A DNA stretch of 64,000 bases from Chthoniobacterales bacterium. Its GTDB lineage: Bacteria; Verrucomicrobiota; Verrucomicrobiia; Chthoniobacterales; JAFAMB01. Position numbers and translations under genes: made by a program. The stretch lies in the NCBI GenBank assembly GCA_035601575.1, contig DATNNZ010000051.1, positions 2,148-66,147 of the forward strand, written 5' to 3'. This document shows positions 36,193-45,158 of this stretch, piece after piece. The notes below the pieces were generated by a model that searched no databases, was not told the DNA's origin, and saw only the letters and a program-made list of their open reading frames with translations. The number at the start of each line of letters is the position of its first letter. Within the stretch, counting starts at the first letter, position 1.

Positions 36193-37081
36193 GACGCAAG
36201 AATAGTAGCCAAATCAAGAACCAAAGGAAAAGCAACGTTAGGACTGAGCCCAAACCGATGGTCAATTCCGGCCCAAACCAGGGAGGCGCCTGGGTCAGTT
36301 GTTTGGTAAGTTTGTTAAAGCTCATTTTTCCAAACGCGGTCCCGGCATGCAGTCCGATGGACAACCAAAGGGAGCGCGTTCGTACGACGGAATCAGCCAG
36401 CAGGAGCCCCAGAACAAAAATGGTCATAAAACCGCCGCCGACCAGGAGTGGATCGGCAAAACGCCCAAACAGTTTCCCGATAAGCTCGAATCCTGAATAC
36501 CATTGAACGACCGAGATCTGGCCGTCTACGGGTCGCAAGAAATGAATGATGGAGAACAGAGCTGAGACTAGCACCACAGCGGGCACCGTGGAGATCGTCT
36601 GACGCACCAGTCCGAGGATGGCACCCCGAAACAGAAACTCCTCAATCACAGAGACGATTAACGCAGGGAGGAATACCGCCGCCACCAGGTTCCAAGGCAA
36701 ATGACCTTTCCAGGTATATATTCCCAAGTGGATCGCAACAAAACCGAGCACGGCCGTAACTGCCACGGACAGGAGAAAACCCGCAATGATGTCTCGCCAC
36801 CAAAGAGGATTGCGACTGAGTCCCAAGTCGCGGAAACGGCCCAGACCGATCGAGCGAATCACCAGAGGCAGCAGTAGAAATGCAGAAATCAGAATGGAGC
36901 GGGCGAAGTAACGCTGAAAATCCGTGTCTTTGAGGAACTGCAGAGCGCTGATTTGAGAGCAGACTTGTCCCAACCAATAAAGTGGAGGCGCGAGCAAGGC
37001 GCCGAGCAGCACCACACCCAAAAGATAAGCAATGATCTTTCCTGCGGCGGTCAAGAAGCGAGGAATTAGCGTGGACTGCAA
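36155..37081 (-). CDS. CPBP family intramembrane glutamic endopeptidase (CAAX protease-like)
   Basis: VIEEFLFRGAILG and FSIIHF motifs in a polytopic protein. Confidence 0.8.
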   Translation of the reverse strand: MQSTLIPRFLTAAGKIIAYLLGVVLLGALLAPPLYWLGQVCSQISALQFLKDTDFQRYFARSILISAFLLLPLVIRSIGLGRFRDLGLSRNPLWWRDIIAGFLLSVAVTAVLGFVAIHLGIYTWKGHLPWNLVAAVFLPALIVSVIEEFLFRGAILGLVRQTISTVPAVVLVSALFSIIHFLRPVDGQISVVQWYSGFELIGKLFGRFADPLLVGGGFMTIFVLGLLLADSVVRTRSLWLSIGLHAGTAFGKMSFNKLTKQLTQAPPWFGPELTIGLGSVLTLLFLWFLIWLLFLRRAFSPRTFSNDH

Positions 37082-37098
37082 GCCGGCGCAAACTAAAG

Positions 37099-37380
37099 TT
37101 GGTTTTTATGCATAATCGCCACGCTTGGGTGCACAAAACGGAGGAAGGTGTGAAGCGAGAGGTCCGGGTGATCAAACATGGTGGCGAATGGCGGTTTCAG
37201 TCGAAACGCGCGGATGAACCGGAGTGGGTTTACTACTGCGAACCACCGGCGGCTGATTTGGAGGAATTCCGTGATGTCTTATTTCGAAAATATCAGCGGA
37301 GAAGGGCTGCCTATGAAGATGTCGTTTGGGCTGATCGGCAACTAGCCAAGCTCCGCTCAGGAAACTCAAATGCAGTCTGA
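37099..37380 (+). CDS. small hypothetical protein
   Basis: ORF whose end overlaps the bioA start by 11 nt. No known motif. Confidence 0.4.
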   Translation: MVFMHNRHAWVHKTEEGVKREVRVIKHGGEWRFQSKRADEPEWVYYCEPPAADLEEFRDVLFRKYQRRRAAYEDVVWADRQLAKLRSGNSNAV

Positions 37381-38662
37381 CTACGAGAACCTCGGACTCC
37401 TTGATAAACGGTATCTTTGGCACCCATTTACGCCGATGCAGGAGTGGTTAGCCGAAGAGCATCACCCGTTGATGCTGGTCGCAGGCGATGGCGTCTGGTT
37501 AAATGACGCTGAAGGTAACAAGTACCTGGATGGCAACTCCTCAATTTGGACGAACATTCATGGCCATAATCACCCGGCGATAAACTTGGCAATTGTGCAG
37601 CAACTCCAGTCGGTAGCGCATACTTCCTTTCTCGGTGCTTCGAATCCGGCTGCGGTCCGATTGGCAGAAAAACTCGTTCGACTGATTGGTGATTCCAGGC
37701 TCACCCGGGTTTTCTATTCCGATGACGGCTCAACCGGGATCGAGGTCGCCATCAAGATGACTGGTCAATATTTCAACCAGAATGGAAAGCCGCAGAAAAC
37801 CGATTTCGCGGCCTTCGAGAACGCCTACCACGGAGACACCCTCGGAGCGTCAAGCCTCGGCGGGATCGCCCAGTTCCATGATCGTTTTGCTCGATATCAG
37901 TTTCCAGTCGAACGCCTCACTACGGTCGAAGATCTGGATCGGCTCGAAGGAGAGAAGACCGCCGCCGTCATTATAGAACCACTCGTGCAAGGGGCCGCAG
38001 GTATGCGGATCTGGCCCTCGGGCATGCTCAGGCGTCTACGAGATTGGTGCGACCGGCAAGACGTTTTCCTGATTTTTGACGAAGTGATGACCGGTTTTGG
38101 GCGAACCGGCAAAATGTTCGCGTTTCAACATGAACAAGTCGTTCCTGATTTCTTGGTTCTGGCAAAGGGTCTTACCGGAGGTTACCTGCCGCTCGCCGCG
38201 ACCATTACTTCGGAGCGCATTTTTGGCGGATTCTTAGGCGCTGCCGAGCAGATGCGAACGTTCTTTTATGGCCACAGTTACGCTGGAAATGCGCTCGGTT
38301 GCGCGGCGGGGCTGGCCAGTTTGGAGTTGTTTGAGTCGGAAGATATCTTAGCCAAGCTTCCGCAGACGATCGAGCACTTGTCTCGTAGGCTTGCGCATCT
38401 GGGCCGTAACCGTCGGATCCGTGATATCCGGCAGTGCGGAATGATCGCTGGCATCGAAGTGGGGCAGGCAGACGGGGCTGCGTTCGATCCGCGGGAACGG
38501 ATCGGAATGCGCGTTTGTGTGGCTGCCCGCAAATATCAGCTTCTGACGCGTCCGATCCTGGATACGATAGTCTTTATGCCGCCGCTCTGCGTGAGCAACG
38601 CGGAGATTGACCTGGCACTCGAGGCGATCGAGCAAGCGATAGACGAAGTCTGCGGGGGATAG
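37370..38662 (+). CDS. bioA: adenosylmethionine-8-amino-7-oxononanoate aminotransferase
   Basis: LWHPFTPM N-terminus, FDEVMTGFGRTG, and PLP lysine context LAKGLTGGY. Confidence 0.9.
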   Translation: MQSDYENLGLLDKRYLWHPFTPMQEWLAEEHHPLMLVAGDGVWLNDAEGNKYLDGNSSIWTNIHGHNHPAINLAIVQQLQSVAHTSFLGASNPAAVRLAEKLVRLIGDSRLTRVFYSDDGSTGIEVAIKMTGQYFNQNGKPQKTDFAAFENAYHGDTLGASSLGGIAQFHDRFARYQFPVERLTTVEDLDRLEGEKTAAVIIEPLVQGAAGMRIWPSGMLRRLRDWCDRQDVFLIFDEVMTGFGRTGKMFAFQHEQVVPDFLVLAKGLTGGYLPLAATITSERIFGGFLGAAEQMRTFFYGHSYAGNALGCAAGLASLELFESEDILAKLPQTIEHLSRRLAHLGRNRRIRDIRQCGMIAGIEVGQADGAAFDPRERIGMRVCVAARKYQLLTRPILDTIVFMPPLCVSNAEIDLALEAIEQAIDEVCGG

Positions 38663-38744
38663 GCGTGGACGAATGGGCGAAGGGGCGTGTCGGCCAAGGG
38701 GTGAAGGGGGACTTCGTCCTGACCTGTCCGCCGCTGATACGCCA

Positions 38745-39344
38745 TTACGCCCCTCTGCCTTCAGCCCTCACCTGTTCGAGTATCGCTTGATTCCGAGGAT
38801 CGTTTGGTTCGAGTTCGAGCGCTCTCTTTATCGCCGACTCGGCTTCGGTGGTGCGGCCCAGGCGATTGAGAGCAAGGGCCAAGTTGCTCCATGGAGCCCC
38901 AGAATTCGGCATGAACTCCACGCTTTTGCGGGCGGCCATTTCGGATTCTTGCCATTTGCCCATTTCCGCCAGACACCACGTCAGTTCCAGCCAGGCTTCA
39001 CCATTGGTTGGCGCAATCTCCAGGACATCAAAAAATCGATCTGCGGCGTTCTCCCATTGGCGCACCATTCGGTTAGCCAGCCCCGCAACATAAAAACCCA
39101 ACATCTGATGTGGTCCGGGTGTTTGAGAGAAAGCATATGCTTTTTCTCCGATCCGTTGGATTTGCGCTTCCCGCTCTGCAACAGCCGGTTCATCTCCTCT
39201 CTGGCTGGCAAGGTCTGCTTCTTGCTCAAGCTCCCAAAGGTAATTTCCCATCTCTCGCAGCTTTGTGTCGTAGTCCTCTTCGGTGAGCCTGGTGTAGCGG
39301 GAAATCGCCATTAGAGAATGTGATAGGTGAATGATGCGCCGCAA
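38745..39344 (-). CDS. TPR repeat protein
   Basis: AWLELTWCLAEMGKWQESEMAARKSVEFMPNSGAPWSNLALALNRLGRTTEAESAIKRALELEPND is canonical TPR. The antisense track ORF 38673-39314 was rejected. Confidence 0.75.
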   Translation of the reverse strand: MRRIIHLSHSLMAISRYTRLTEEDYDTKLREMGNYLWELEQEADLASQRGDEPAVAEREAQIQRIGEKAYAFSQTPGPHQMLGFYVAGLANRMVRQWENAADRFFDVLEIAPTNGEAWLELTWCLAEMGKWQESEMAARKSVEFMPNSGAPWSNLALALNRLGRTTEAESAIKRALELEPNDPRNQAILEQVRAEGRGA

Positions 39345-39478
39345 CCTAGAGCCACTGAATTCGCTGAAAATTGGCCAAATTACCCAAAAAAAAGCCGTTT
39401 TTTAACCCTGAGAAGCTTCCTATTCCAAGAAAGAACTTGAACAAAATTGGGTTTTCGGAGCGTTATACGGGTTAGCGG

Positions 39479-40375
39479 ATGAGCGCCAAGATTCTTGCTT
39501 TTATTAATTTCAAGGGCGGAGTCGGTAAAACTGCGAGTGTTGTCAATCTCGGGGCCACCTTGGCTAAACTTCACGAAAAGAAGGTTCTGATCGTTGATCT
39601 TGATCCCCAGTCGAACTCCAGCCTTTGGCTCATGCGGCCAGACCATTGGCGAGATCACGTGGCGAAAGGGCGGCGTTCGACCTACCAGATTTTCGACGAT
39701 GCCATCCAGGGAAAATCCCGATTTAATTTTGAAGAATCGCTGGTCAAGGGAGTGGTTACCTGGACCGGCTTCGTCGAGCTACCGCGCTTGCATCTTCTGC
39801 CCGCATCGGTCGAACTGCTTCGGATAGAAGACCGGATTCATGAGCTGCGAGCACCCGGCGTTTATCGGCTGGTTGAGCATGCCATAGCGGAACATGTGAA
39901 GGCTTACGATTTCATATTTTTTGATTGTCCGCCCAACCTGTACAGCACTACCAAGAACGCGATTTTTTTCGCCGATCACTGCGTAGTCCCGTATGTGCCG
40001 GATTACTTGTCGCTCTCTGGTTTCCAAGTACTGGCCGAGTATATCACGGAGATGAGAGAGAGGTACGGTGATTCGATCGGTGGCGGCAAACGTCCGAATA
40101 TTGGTGCTCTCTTGGTCAGCCATTATCGCCAAACCGGGAACGTCTTCCGCCTCGCCATCAATGAACTAGAGATAGAGTTGGCTTCGTTCCGTGACCAAGG
40201 ATTTGTGGATGGAGATGCCGCGCTACTGGAGCCGTATGTGCGTCATTGCGTGCGAGTAGCAGAGTCCACGAGTGAGCATCTCCCCGTCGTTTTGTATGCG
40301 CCTGGCAGCATTGGAGCTCAGGACTATAGCGATCTAGCTCAGCACTTTCTTAATCACTTCCAAAACCGACGATGA
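39479..40375 (+). CDS. ParA/Soj-type deviant Walker-A ATPase (orphan)
   Basis: ILAFINFKGGVGKTASVVNLGATLA, VLIVDLDPQSN, and FIFFDCPPN motifs. Confidence 0.85.
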   Translation: MSAKILAFINFKGGVGKTASVVNLGATLAKLHEKKVLIVDLDPQSNSSLWLMRPDHWRDHVAKGRRSTYQIFDDAIQGKSRFNFEESLVKGVVTWTGFVELPRLHLLPASVELLRIEDRIHELRAPGVYRLVEHAIAEHVKAYDFIFFDCPPNLYSTTKNAIFFADHCVVPYVPDYLSLSGFQVLAEYITEMRERYGDSIGGGKRPNIGALLVSHYRQTGNVFRLAINELEIELASFRDQGFVDGDAALLEPYVRHCVRVAESTSEHLPVVLYAPGSIGAQDYSDLAQHFLNHFQNRR

Positions 40376-41001
40376 ACTATCTCGATCTTTCGACCAGGCT
40401 AACGAATTTGGCAGAGAAGCTCAGCAAGCAAGCAACGAAAATCGAAGGCAATGACGCGGCGAAATCTGCCATGAAACTGGTGACCGAACTCGATCGTTTC
40501 GAAGCTGTCCTGGATAGCTTTTTGGCCAGCCGGAAATCCGGAGAGTTTTTTCTCGAGACACTGCTTCGTTCGCCTTCGGCGAAGAGACATTTATCGCTCG
40601 ATCTCCTCAAGAAAGGGCTCCGGGAGATCTGCGGGAAGCGCCTGAAGGCGGAAGAATTTGGGCCGGCAAAATTAGAGTTCGTAGAGACGATTCATGCCCA
40701 GGACAAATCCGCCGCCGCCGCTAAATTTTTGAAACATGCGTTTGCCGAAGCCGCTTCCGTTGAATCTGGCGGAAAGGATAAGGCGGCCTTGCAACAGGAG
40801 TTTATTCAGCTCGGCCGGTTGAACGAAGAAGAATTTGCCAAAACAATAGCCAAACGGACATTCGGAGAACTGAGACGATTGGCCGGTAGCAATGCAGTGC
40901 GTTTTACGGATAAGACGACTAAACCGCGTTTGATCCAAGTGATCCGTCGTTTCTCCGTCCGCGCGGCAATCAATGCTACCCCGATCCACCTCAGTCGATA
41001 A
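40372..41001 (+). CDS. hypothetical helical protein translationally coupled to the ParA-like gene
   Basis: ATGA overlap with the ParA-like stop. K/E/A-rich and predicted alpha-helical. No ParB N-terminal or HTH motif recognised. Confidence 0.55.
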   Translation: MNYLDLSTRLTNLAEKLSKQATKIEGNDAAKSAMKLVTELDRFEAVLDSFLASRKSGEFFLETLLRSPSAKRHLSLDLLKKGLREICGKRLKAEEFGPAKLEFVETIHAQDKSAAAAKFLKHAFAEAASVESGGKDKAALQQEFIQLGRLNEEEFAKTIAKRTFGELRRLAGSNAVRFTDKTTKPRLIQVIRRFSVRAAINATPIHLSR

Positions 41002-41323
41002 CGCCAAAGCAGCCTGTCGGATTGGCAGGCTGGGTTAAAAGGCGGCCTGATTATCTCATATGAAAAATCCTTGGCCCTCTCGACAGGCCGCCTTCGCAAG
41101 CCGCGGCGCGCCTGAGCTTTTAGAACGCGTGTGTCTTGGAGCGCGGTCGCGACGAAGCCTTGTGCGTAGTCGGGCTGCTCAAGCTCCGCTTCGCGGAGAA
41201 GGATTGGTTCTTTTGTTCCGTTCGCGAAGCGAAATTTGAGGAGGCCGTCTCCATGGCCAGCTTGCCTCTCATGCAAACTCACTATTTACAGTCACGCCCA
41301 ACTTCAAATCCGACGGACTCCTG

Positions 41324-41857
41324 GTGATGTACGGCGACCTCGACAAAGTCCTCTTTGAGGAGGAAGAGATTGCGGCCCGGCTCGATGGTTTAGCCTCTGA
41401 GATCACGGCTGATTATCAGGGATTGGATCTCACGGTAATCGCAATCCTCAATGGGAGCCTTATTTTCATGGCCGATTTGCTGCGCCGTATCCCGCTTCCG
41501 CTCCAGCTCGATTGTCTGCGAGTCCGTAGTTACTACAGCGGCATGGTCTCGACCGGCCAAGTAACATTTGATCCGCAGACATTGCCGGATCTAAGGGATC
41601 GCCACGTTTTGCTTTTGGACGATATCTTGGACAGTGGCCACACGCTTGCAGCAATCATTGACACCATGCGGACTCAGGTAAAACCGCTCAGTGTCCACAG
41701 TTGTGTGCTTCTTCGAAAAATGAAACAGCGCGCCCGACCGGTCGAAGCCGATTATGTCGGGTTCGATATCCAAGACGAATTTGTTGTCGGCTACGGATTG
41801 GACTATAACGAAAAGTATCGGAATTTGGCGGTAATCGGCGTACTGCGACAGGAGTGA
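41324..41857 (+). CDS. hpt: hypoxanthine phosphoribosyltransferase
   Basis: PRPP motif VLLLDDILDSGHTL and a C-terminal YGLDYNEKYRNL. Confidence 0.92.
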   Translation: MMYGDLDKVLFEEEEIAARLDGLASEITADYQGLDLTVIAILNGSLIFMADLLRRIPLPLQLDCLRVRSYYSGMVSTGQVTFDPQTLPDLRDRHVLLLDDILDSGHTLAAIIDTMRTQVKPLSVHSCVLLRKMKQRARPVEADYVGFDIQDEFVVGYGLDYNEKYRNLAVIGVLRQE

Positions 41858-42096
41858 TGTTAGTTCAAATTCAATATTTTTCCCGGTTGCGCGATTTACA
41901 TGGACCCGAGAAAGCGGAAATCGGCGACGAGGCGTCGATCGGAGACCTGCTCAATCGACTGTACGCCTCCGTTCCCGGCTTGAAAGCGTGGGACAAATAT
42001 CTCTTGGTCGCGGTCGGTACGGAATATGTCTCGCGGGAGCATCTTCTGACGGCGGACGACGTGGTATCCCTTATGCCACCGGTTCAGGGCGGCTGA
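41854..42096 (+). CDS. moaD: MoaD-type ubiquitin-fold sulfur carrier protein
   Basis: 80 aa with a YFSRLRDL start and a C-terminal MPPVQGG diglycine. ATGA overlap with hpt. Confidence 0.75.
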   Translation: MMLVQIQYFSRLRDLHGPEKAEIGDEASIGDLLNRLYASVPGLKAWDKYLLVAVGTEYVSREHLLTADDVVSLMPPVQGG

Positions 42097-42103
42097 AGTC
42101 GAA

Positions 42104-42321
42104 TGACCGATAGCCCATAGCCGATAGCAAAGAAGCGGTAGCGGCGACTGTCTGATCAGGGCCGGAGGATTCACCTGACCTAAGGAGCCCGCGGAAGCTG
42201 CTCGGGGGCCAACGACCAAAAACCGCAGTCGCCATCGTGGACGTTCGCGACCAAACGGTGAACTGGACAGGAGATCGGAGCCAGGAGATAGATTTGGCTA
42301 TAGGCTACCAGCCATCGCTAT
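42104..42321. repeat. inverted TAGCCRA heptamer arrays (42104-42131 and 42294-42321) around a ~160-bp spacer
   Basis: tgaccga/tagccca/tagccga/tagcaaa on the left and ttggcta/taggcta/ccagcca/tcgctat on the right. Confidence 0.7.
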
Positions 42322-42333
42322 TTCTTTACGGCC

Positions 42334-42489
42334 ATGAGGATTGTCGTTCTGGGAGCAGGAATCGTTGGCGCGAGCGCGGCTTATCATTTAACCCGACTCG
42401 GCGCTGAGGTCTACCTGATCGACCGAGACGCCCCCGGGCGAGCAACTTTCGCTGGAGCCGGAATCATCTGCCCTTGGCTGCACGATTGA
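42334..42489 (+). pseudogene. N-terminal remnant of a DAO-family FAD-dependent oxidoreductase
   Basis: My translation gives MRIVVLGAGIVGASAAYHLTRLGAEVYLIDRDAPGRATFAGAGIICPWLHD followed by a stop. This is a Rossmann GxGxxG fold of only 51 aa. The convergent gene ends 21 nt further on. Confidence 0.7.
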
Positions 42490-42509
42490 TCTAGTTTGCT
42501 GAGAAGTCT

Positions 42510-43217
42510 TCAGCGCATCTGGCTCCCACTCCATTGTTGGAGCTTTTCGGCGACGGCGTTCGCTACTAGCAATCGGGCTTCACCACGGTCCATGCCTCGG
42601 AGAAGTAGAACGTCGTAATTCGTGCAGCGATGGCGAATCGCCGCCGTGACCGCTAACCGAATGGCCCCCTGATCAAACTCCTTGGCTGCGGCCGAGCGGC
42701 CAACGCGTCCGCTGTACTTGCGACAAGCGTGTTCTGCAATCTGAGAGGCTTCCTGGGACGGACATTGCGGGAAATGCTGTCGAATCGCTTTTGCGAAATC
42801 ACTCACGAACCTCTGATCGACTTCGGCTTCTCGCAATGCTCGCCGCTCCGCCTTCCGCTGACGCTGGTCCGCGTCGGCCAAACATTCTTTCTCAGCCCGC
42901 TCGATAGCTTCCGTCTCCACCAGGATGCCCTGGCGTTCGTATCGCTGTCGAGTGCGACTCCATTGGAGAACGACCGCCTTGAGTTTGGAATACTTTGACG
43001 CGCGCCTTGTCACCGCTGCGTCTCCACTTGGCAAGAACTCGAGATGATCCAGATCAGCGCACACCAGACAAAGGGCGCCGCGCTGCCGATCGAGGGTGGT
43101 CATGCTGCCGGAGTACAATTCCTGAGCGCATTCCGTACATTTGGTGTCTCTGCGAACAAAGAAGGCGAGAAGCTCGCCCTTATTCGGTGCCGGCGTATCG
43201 CGTTCCACAGGCGACAA
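42510..43217 (-). CDS. DUF2293-like protein with an N-terminal CxxC..CxxC zinc ribbon
   Basis: CTECAQEL..CLVCADL and a C-terminal IAEHACRKYSGRVGRSAAAKEFD..AIRLAVTAAIRHRCTNYDVLL. The family was recalled from memory. Confidence 0.6.
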   Translation of the reverse strand: MSPVERDTPAPNKGELLAFFVRRDTKCTECAQELYSGSMTTLDRQRGALCLVCADLDHLEFLPSGDAAVTRRASKYSKLKAVVLQWSRTRQRYERQGILVETEAIERAEKECLADADQRQRKAERRALREAEVDQRFVSDFAKAIRQHFPQCPSQEASQIAEHACRKYSGRVGRSAAAKEFDQGAIRLAVTAAIRHRCTNYDVLLLRGMDRGEARLLVANAVAEKLQQWSGSQMR

Positions 43218-43460
43218 TTTGATCTCAATCCTATGAGGATACAGCCCTTTTGGCTCTGTCGGGTAGCTCGAAACGCACGCTGATTTTCGCTCGCTTGTCC
43301 AGAATGTCCAAACTAGCCTAGCGAACCGAATTTGCTGGTTTGATCCGGTCCGCCGACGACAAAAATCAGATGGTTGCCGAGACCATGCAGAAGCTCGAAA
43401 CTGATCGACTGGATTGAATCAATCCGGAGTCGTCTCCGCTGGTGGAAGCCACTCAGGAGC

Positions 43461-43949
43461 CTAATCCCGAAAATTCTTAAACGACAGAGCGACCCCAAAA
43501 TCCTTCTCGCGGAGTAACTGGATCACCGCTTGCAAGTCGTCCCGTTTTTTTCCCGTAACTCTGATTTGCTGGTCCTGCAACTGGCTCTGAACCTTTAAGT
43601 CGAGCCCTTTGATTGCCTTGATGATCTCCTTAGCCTTATCGCCTTCGAGTCCTTGCTTGATCAAAATTTCTTGCCGAGCATGACCAAGCGGCGAAATTGC
43701 GGGATCCTTACGTTCAACGTTTCGTAAATCGACGTTCCGCTTAGCAAGTTTGCCGATCAGGATTTCGTGCAACGATTTTAGGCGACTCGCATCTTCGGCT
43801 TTGAGTTCAATCACATCCGGCGCCGAAAGTTCAATGGTGGCTTGACTCTGCTTGAAATCGAAGCGCGTGCTGAGCTCTTTTCTTGCCTGATTCAGAGCGT
43901 TATCGATCTCTTGCTGATCCACCTCCGAGACGATATCGAATGAAGGCAT
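43461..43949 (-). CDS. yajQ: YajQ family nucleotide (c-di-GMP)-binding protein
   Basis: MPSFDIVSEVDQQEIDNALNQA..RFDFK. Confidence 0.9.
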   Translation of the reverse strand: MPSFDIVSEVDQQEIDNALNQARKELSTRFDFKQSQATIELSAPDVIELKAEDASRLKSLHEILIGKLAKRNVDLRNVERKDPAISPLGHARQEILIKQGLEGDKAKEIIKAIKGLDLKVQSQLQDQQIRVTGKKRDDLQAVIQLLREKDFGVALSFKNFRD

Positions 43950-44189
43950 ATTCTTCTCCTTAGGTGCAAATTAGCAGGCTATCCCGTGCAAAGGTAGCGT
44001 GAATGGTAGGACTAACACGAAAAAACATCTAGCTCTCGCGACCGGCCGCTCGAACTCCGCCCCACGGAGAAGGAATGACTTTATTTTCCCTCGCGCAACG
44101 AACTTAGAGCAGCCCGTCTGCACGGTCCGCTGGTGTATCACTCAGACTCACTATCAACCATGCCGCTCAATTTCAAGTCCCGCGGGCTG

Positions 44190-45158
44190 CTACGGCGTTT
44201 GCAATAGTTGTTCTTGCACGAACGCACCAATCTGAATTGGGTGTGGCCGCACCGAAGAAGCCGGCTGGACCACCAGGTCCTGCAAGTCCAGCACCCGATG
44301 GATTTGGCCATTTTGCCAAATCCAAGCGTTTTTGCGGTACGGACCGACCTGTTTCGGATCGCTCCAAAAGTGGATAGACAAAAGCTGCTGAGAGATGGCA
44401 GCCGCCAGGTGCATTGGTCCGCTGTCGACGCTGATTACGAAGCTAGCCCGTCGCAAAAGCCAGATCAGTTGAAGTAGATCAGTCTGGTTCACCAGGGAAG
44501 CCGCATTCAACGCAAATCGAAAGTCCATTTCGGTCTTTCCCACCACGATCACCGCCAGGGGAGCAAGCGCACGAGTCAGTTCATAGATCTCCGATGCTGA
44601 AAGCGATTTATTAGAGCCGCGTGCAAACGGGTGCAACACCACGAACCGATCCGGTAGTTCAAAGTCGGGGATCGGCCGACCCGGGGGTAATCCGAAATGC
44701 GGTTTGTCCGGAAGGGAAGCGCCAGCCAGAGCGGCCAGCGCCAGATACCGTTCTACGGAATGTTGTTCCGGATTGACCTGAGCGGTCTGCTGGTAAAAAA
44801 AACGAGCACCTTCTCTGGCATCAGATAGTCCCAATAGCATTTTGCCCCGGGTGCTTCGAGCAATCCAGGCGCTGCGCAGGAGCCCCTGGAAGTCCAGGAC
44901 GAGGTCCGGCTCGAACCTTCCCAATTGCCGGCACCAGCTCAAGAATTTGGGCGCTCCCCCAAGTCCGCGAAAACTTTGGCGCGGAAACGGAATCACCTCC
45001 GTAAGGTCAGGATTGCCCAACAAGAGGGGGCTCCATTCGCTATTTACTATCCAATAGAATTGGCGGTCGGGAAGGCTTTGTCGCAGCGCGTGGAGCGACG
45101 GAAGGGTATGGACGATATCGCCAAGCGAGCTTGGTTTGACCAAAAAAACTGCCCTCAT
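44190..45158 (-). CDS. glycosyltransferase family 9 (heptosyltransferase-like)
   Basis: LVKPSSLGDIVHTLPSLHAL N-terminus and VSVDSGPMHLAAA. Confidence 0.8.
   Translation of the reverse strand: MRAVFLVKPSSLGDIVHTLPSLHALRQSLPDRQFYWIVNSEWSPLLLGNPDLTEVIPFPRQSFRGLGGAPKFLSWCRQLGRFEPDLVLDFQGLLRSAWIARSTRGKMLLGLSDAREGARFFYQQTAQVNPEQHSVERYLALAALAGASLPDKPHFGLPPGRPIPDFELPDRFVVLHPFARGSNKSLSASEIYELTRALAPLAVIVVGKTEMDFRFALNAASLVNQTDLLQLIWLLRRASFVISVDSGPMHLAAAISQQLLSIHFWSDPKQVGPYRKNAWIWQNGQIHRVLDLQDLVVQPASSVRPHPIQIGAFVQEQLLQTP

Noticed and set aside
40806-41282. 158-aa minus-strand ORF downstream of the ParA-partner gene.
   Set aside because: It overlaps the 3' ~195 nt of the 209-aa gene and has no recognisable motif and no obvious start context. 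I cannot exclude that a shorter part (41002-41282) is real.
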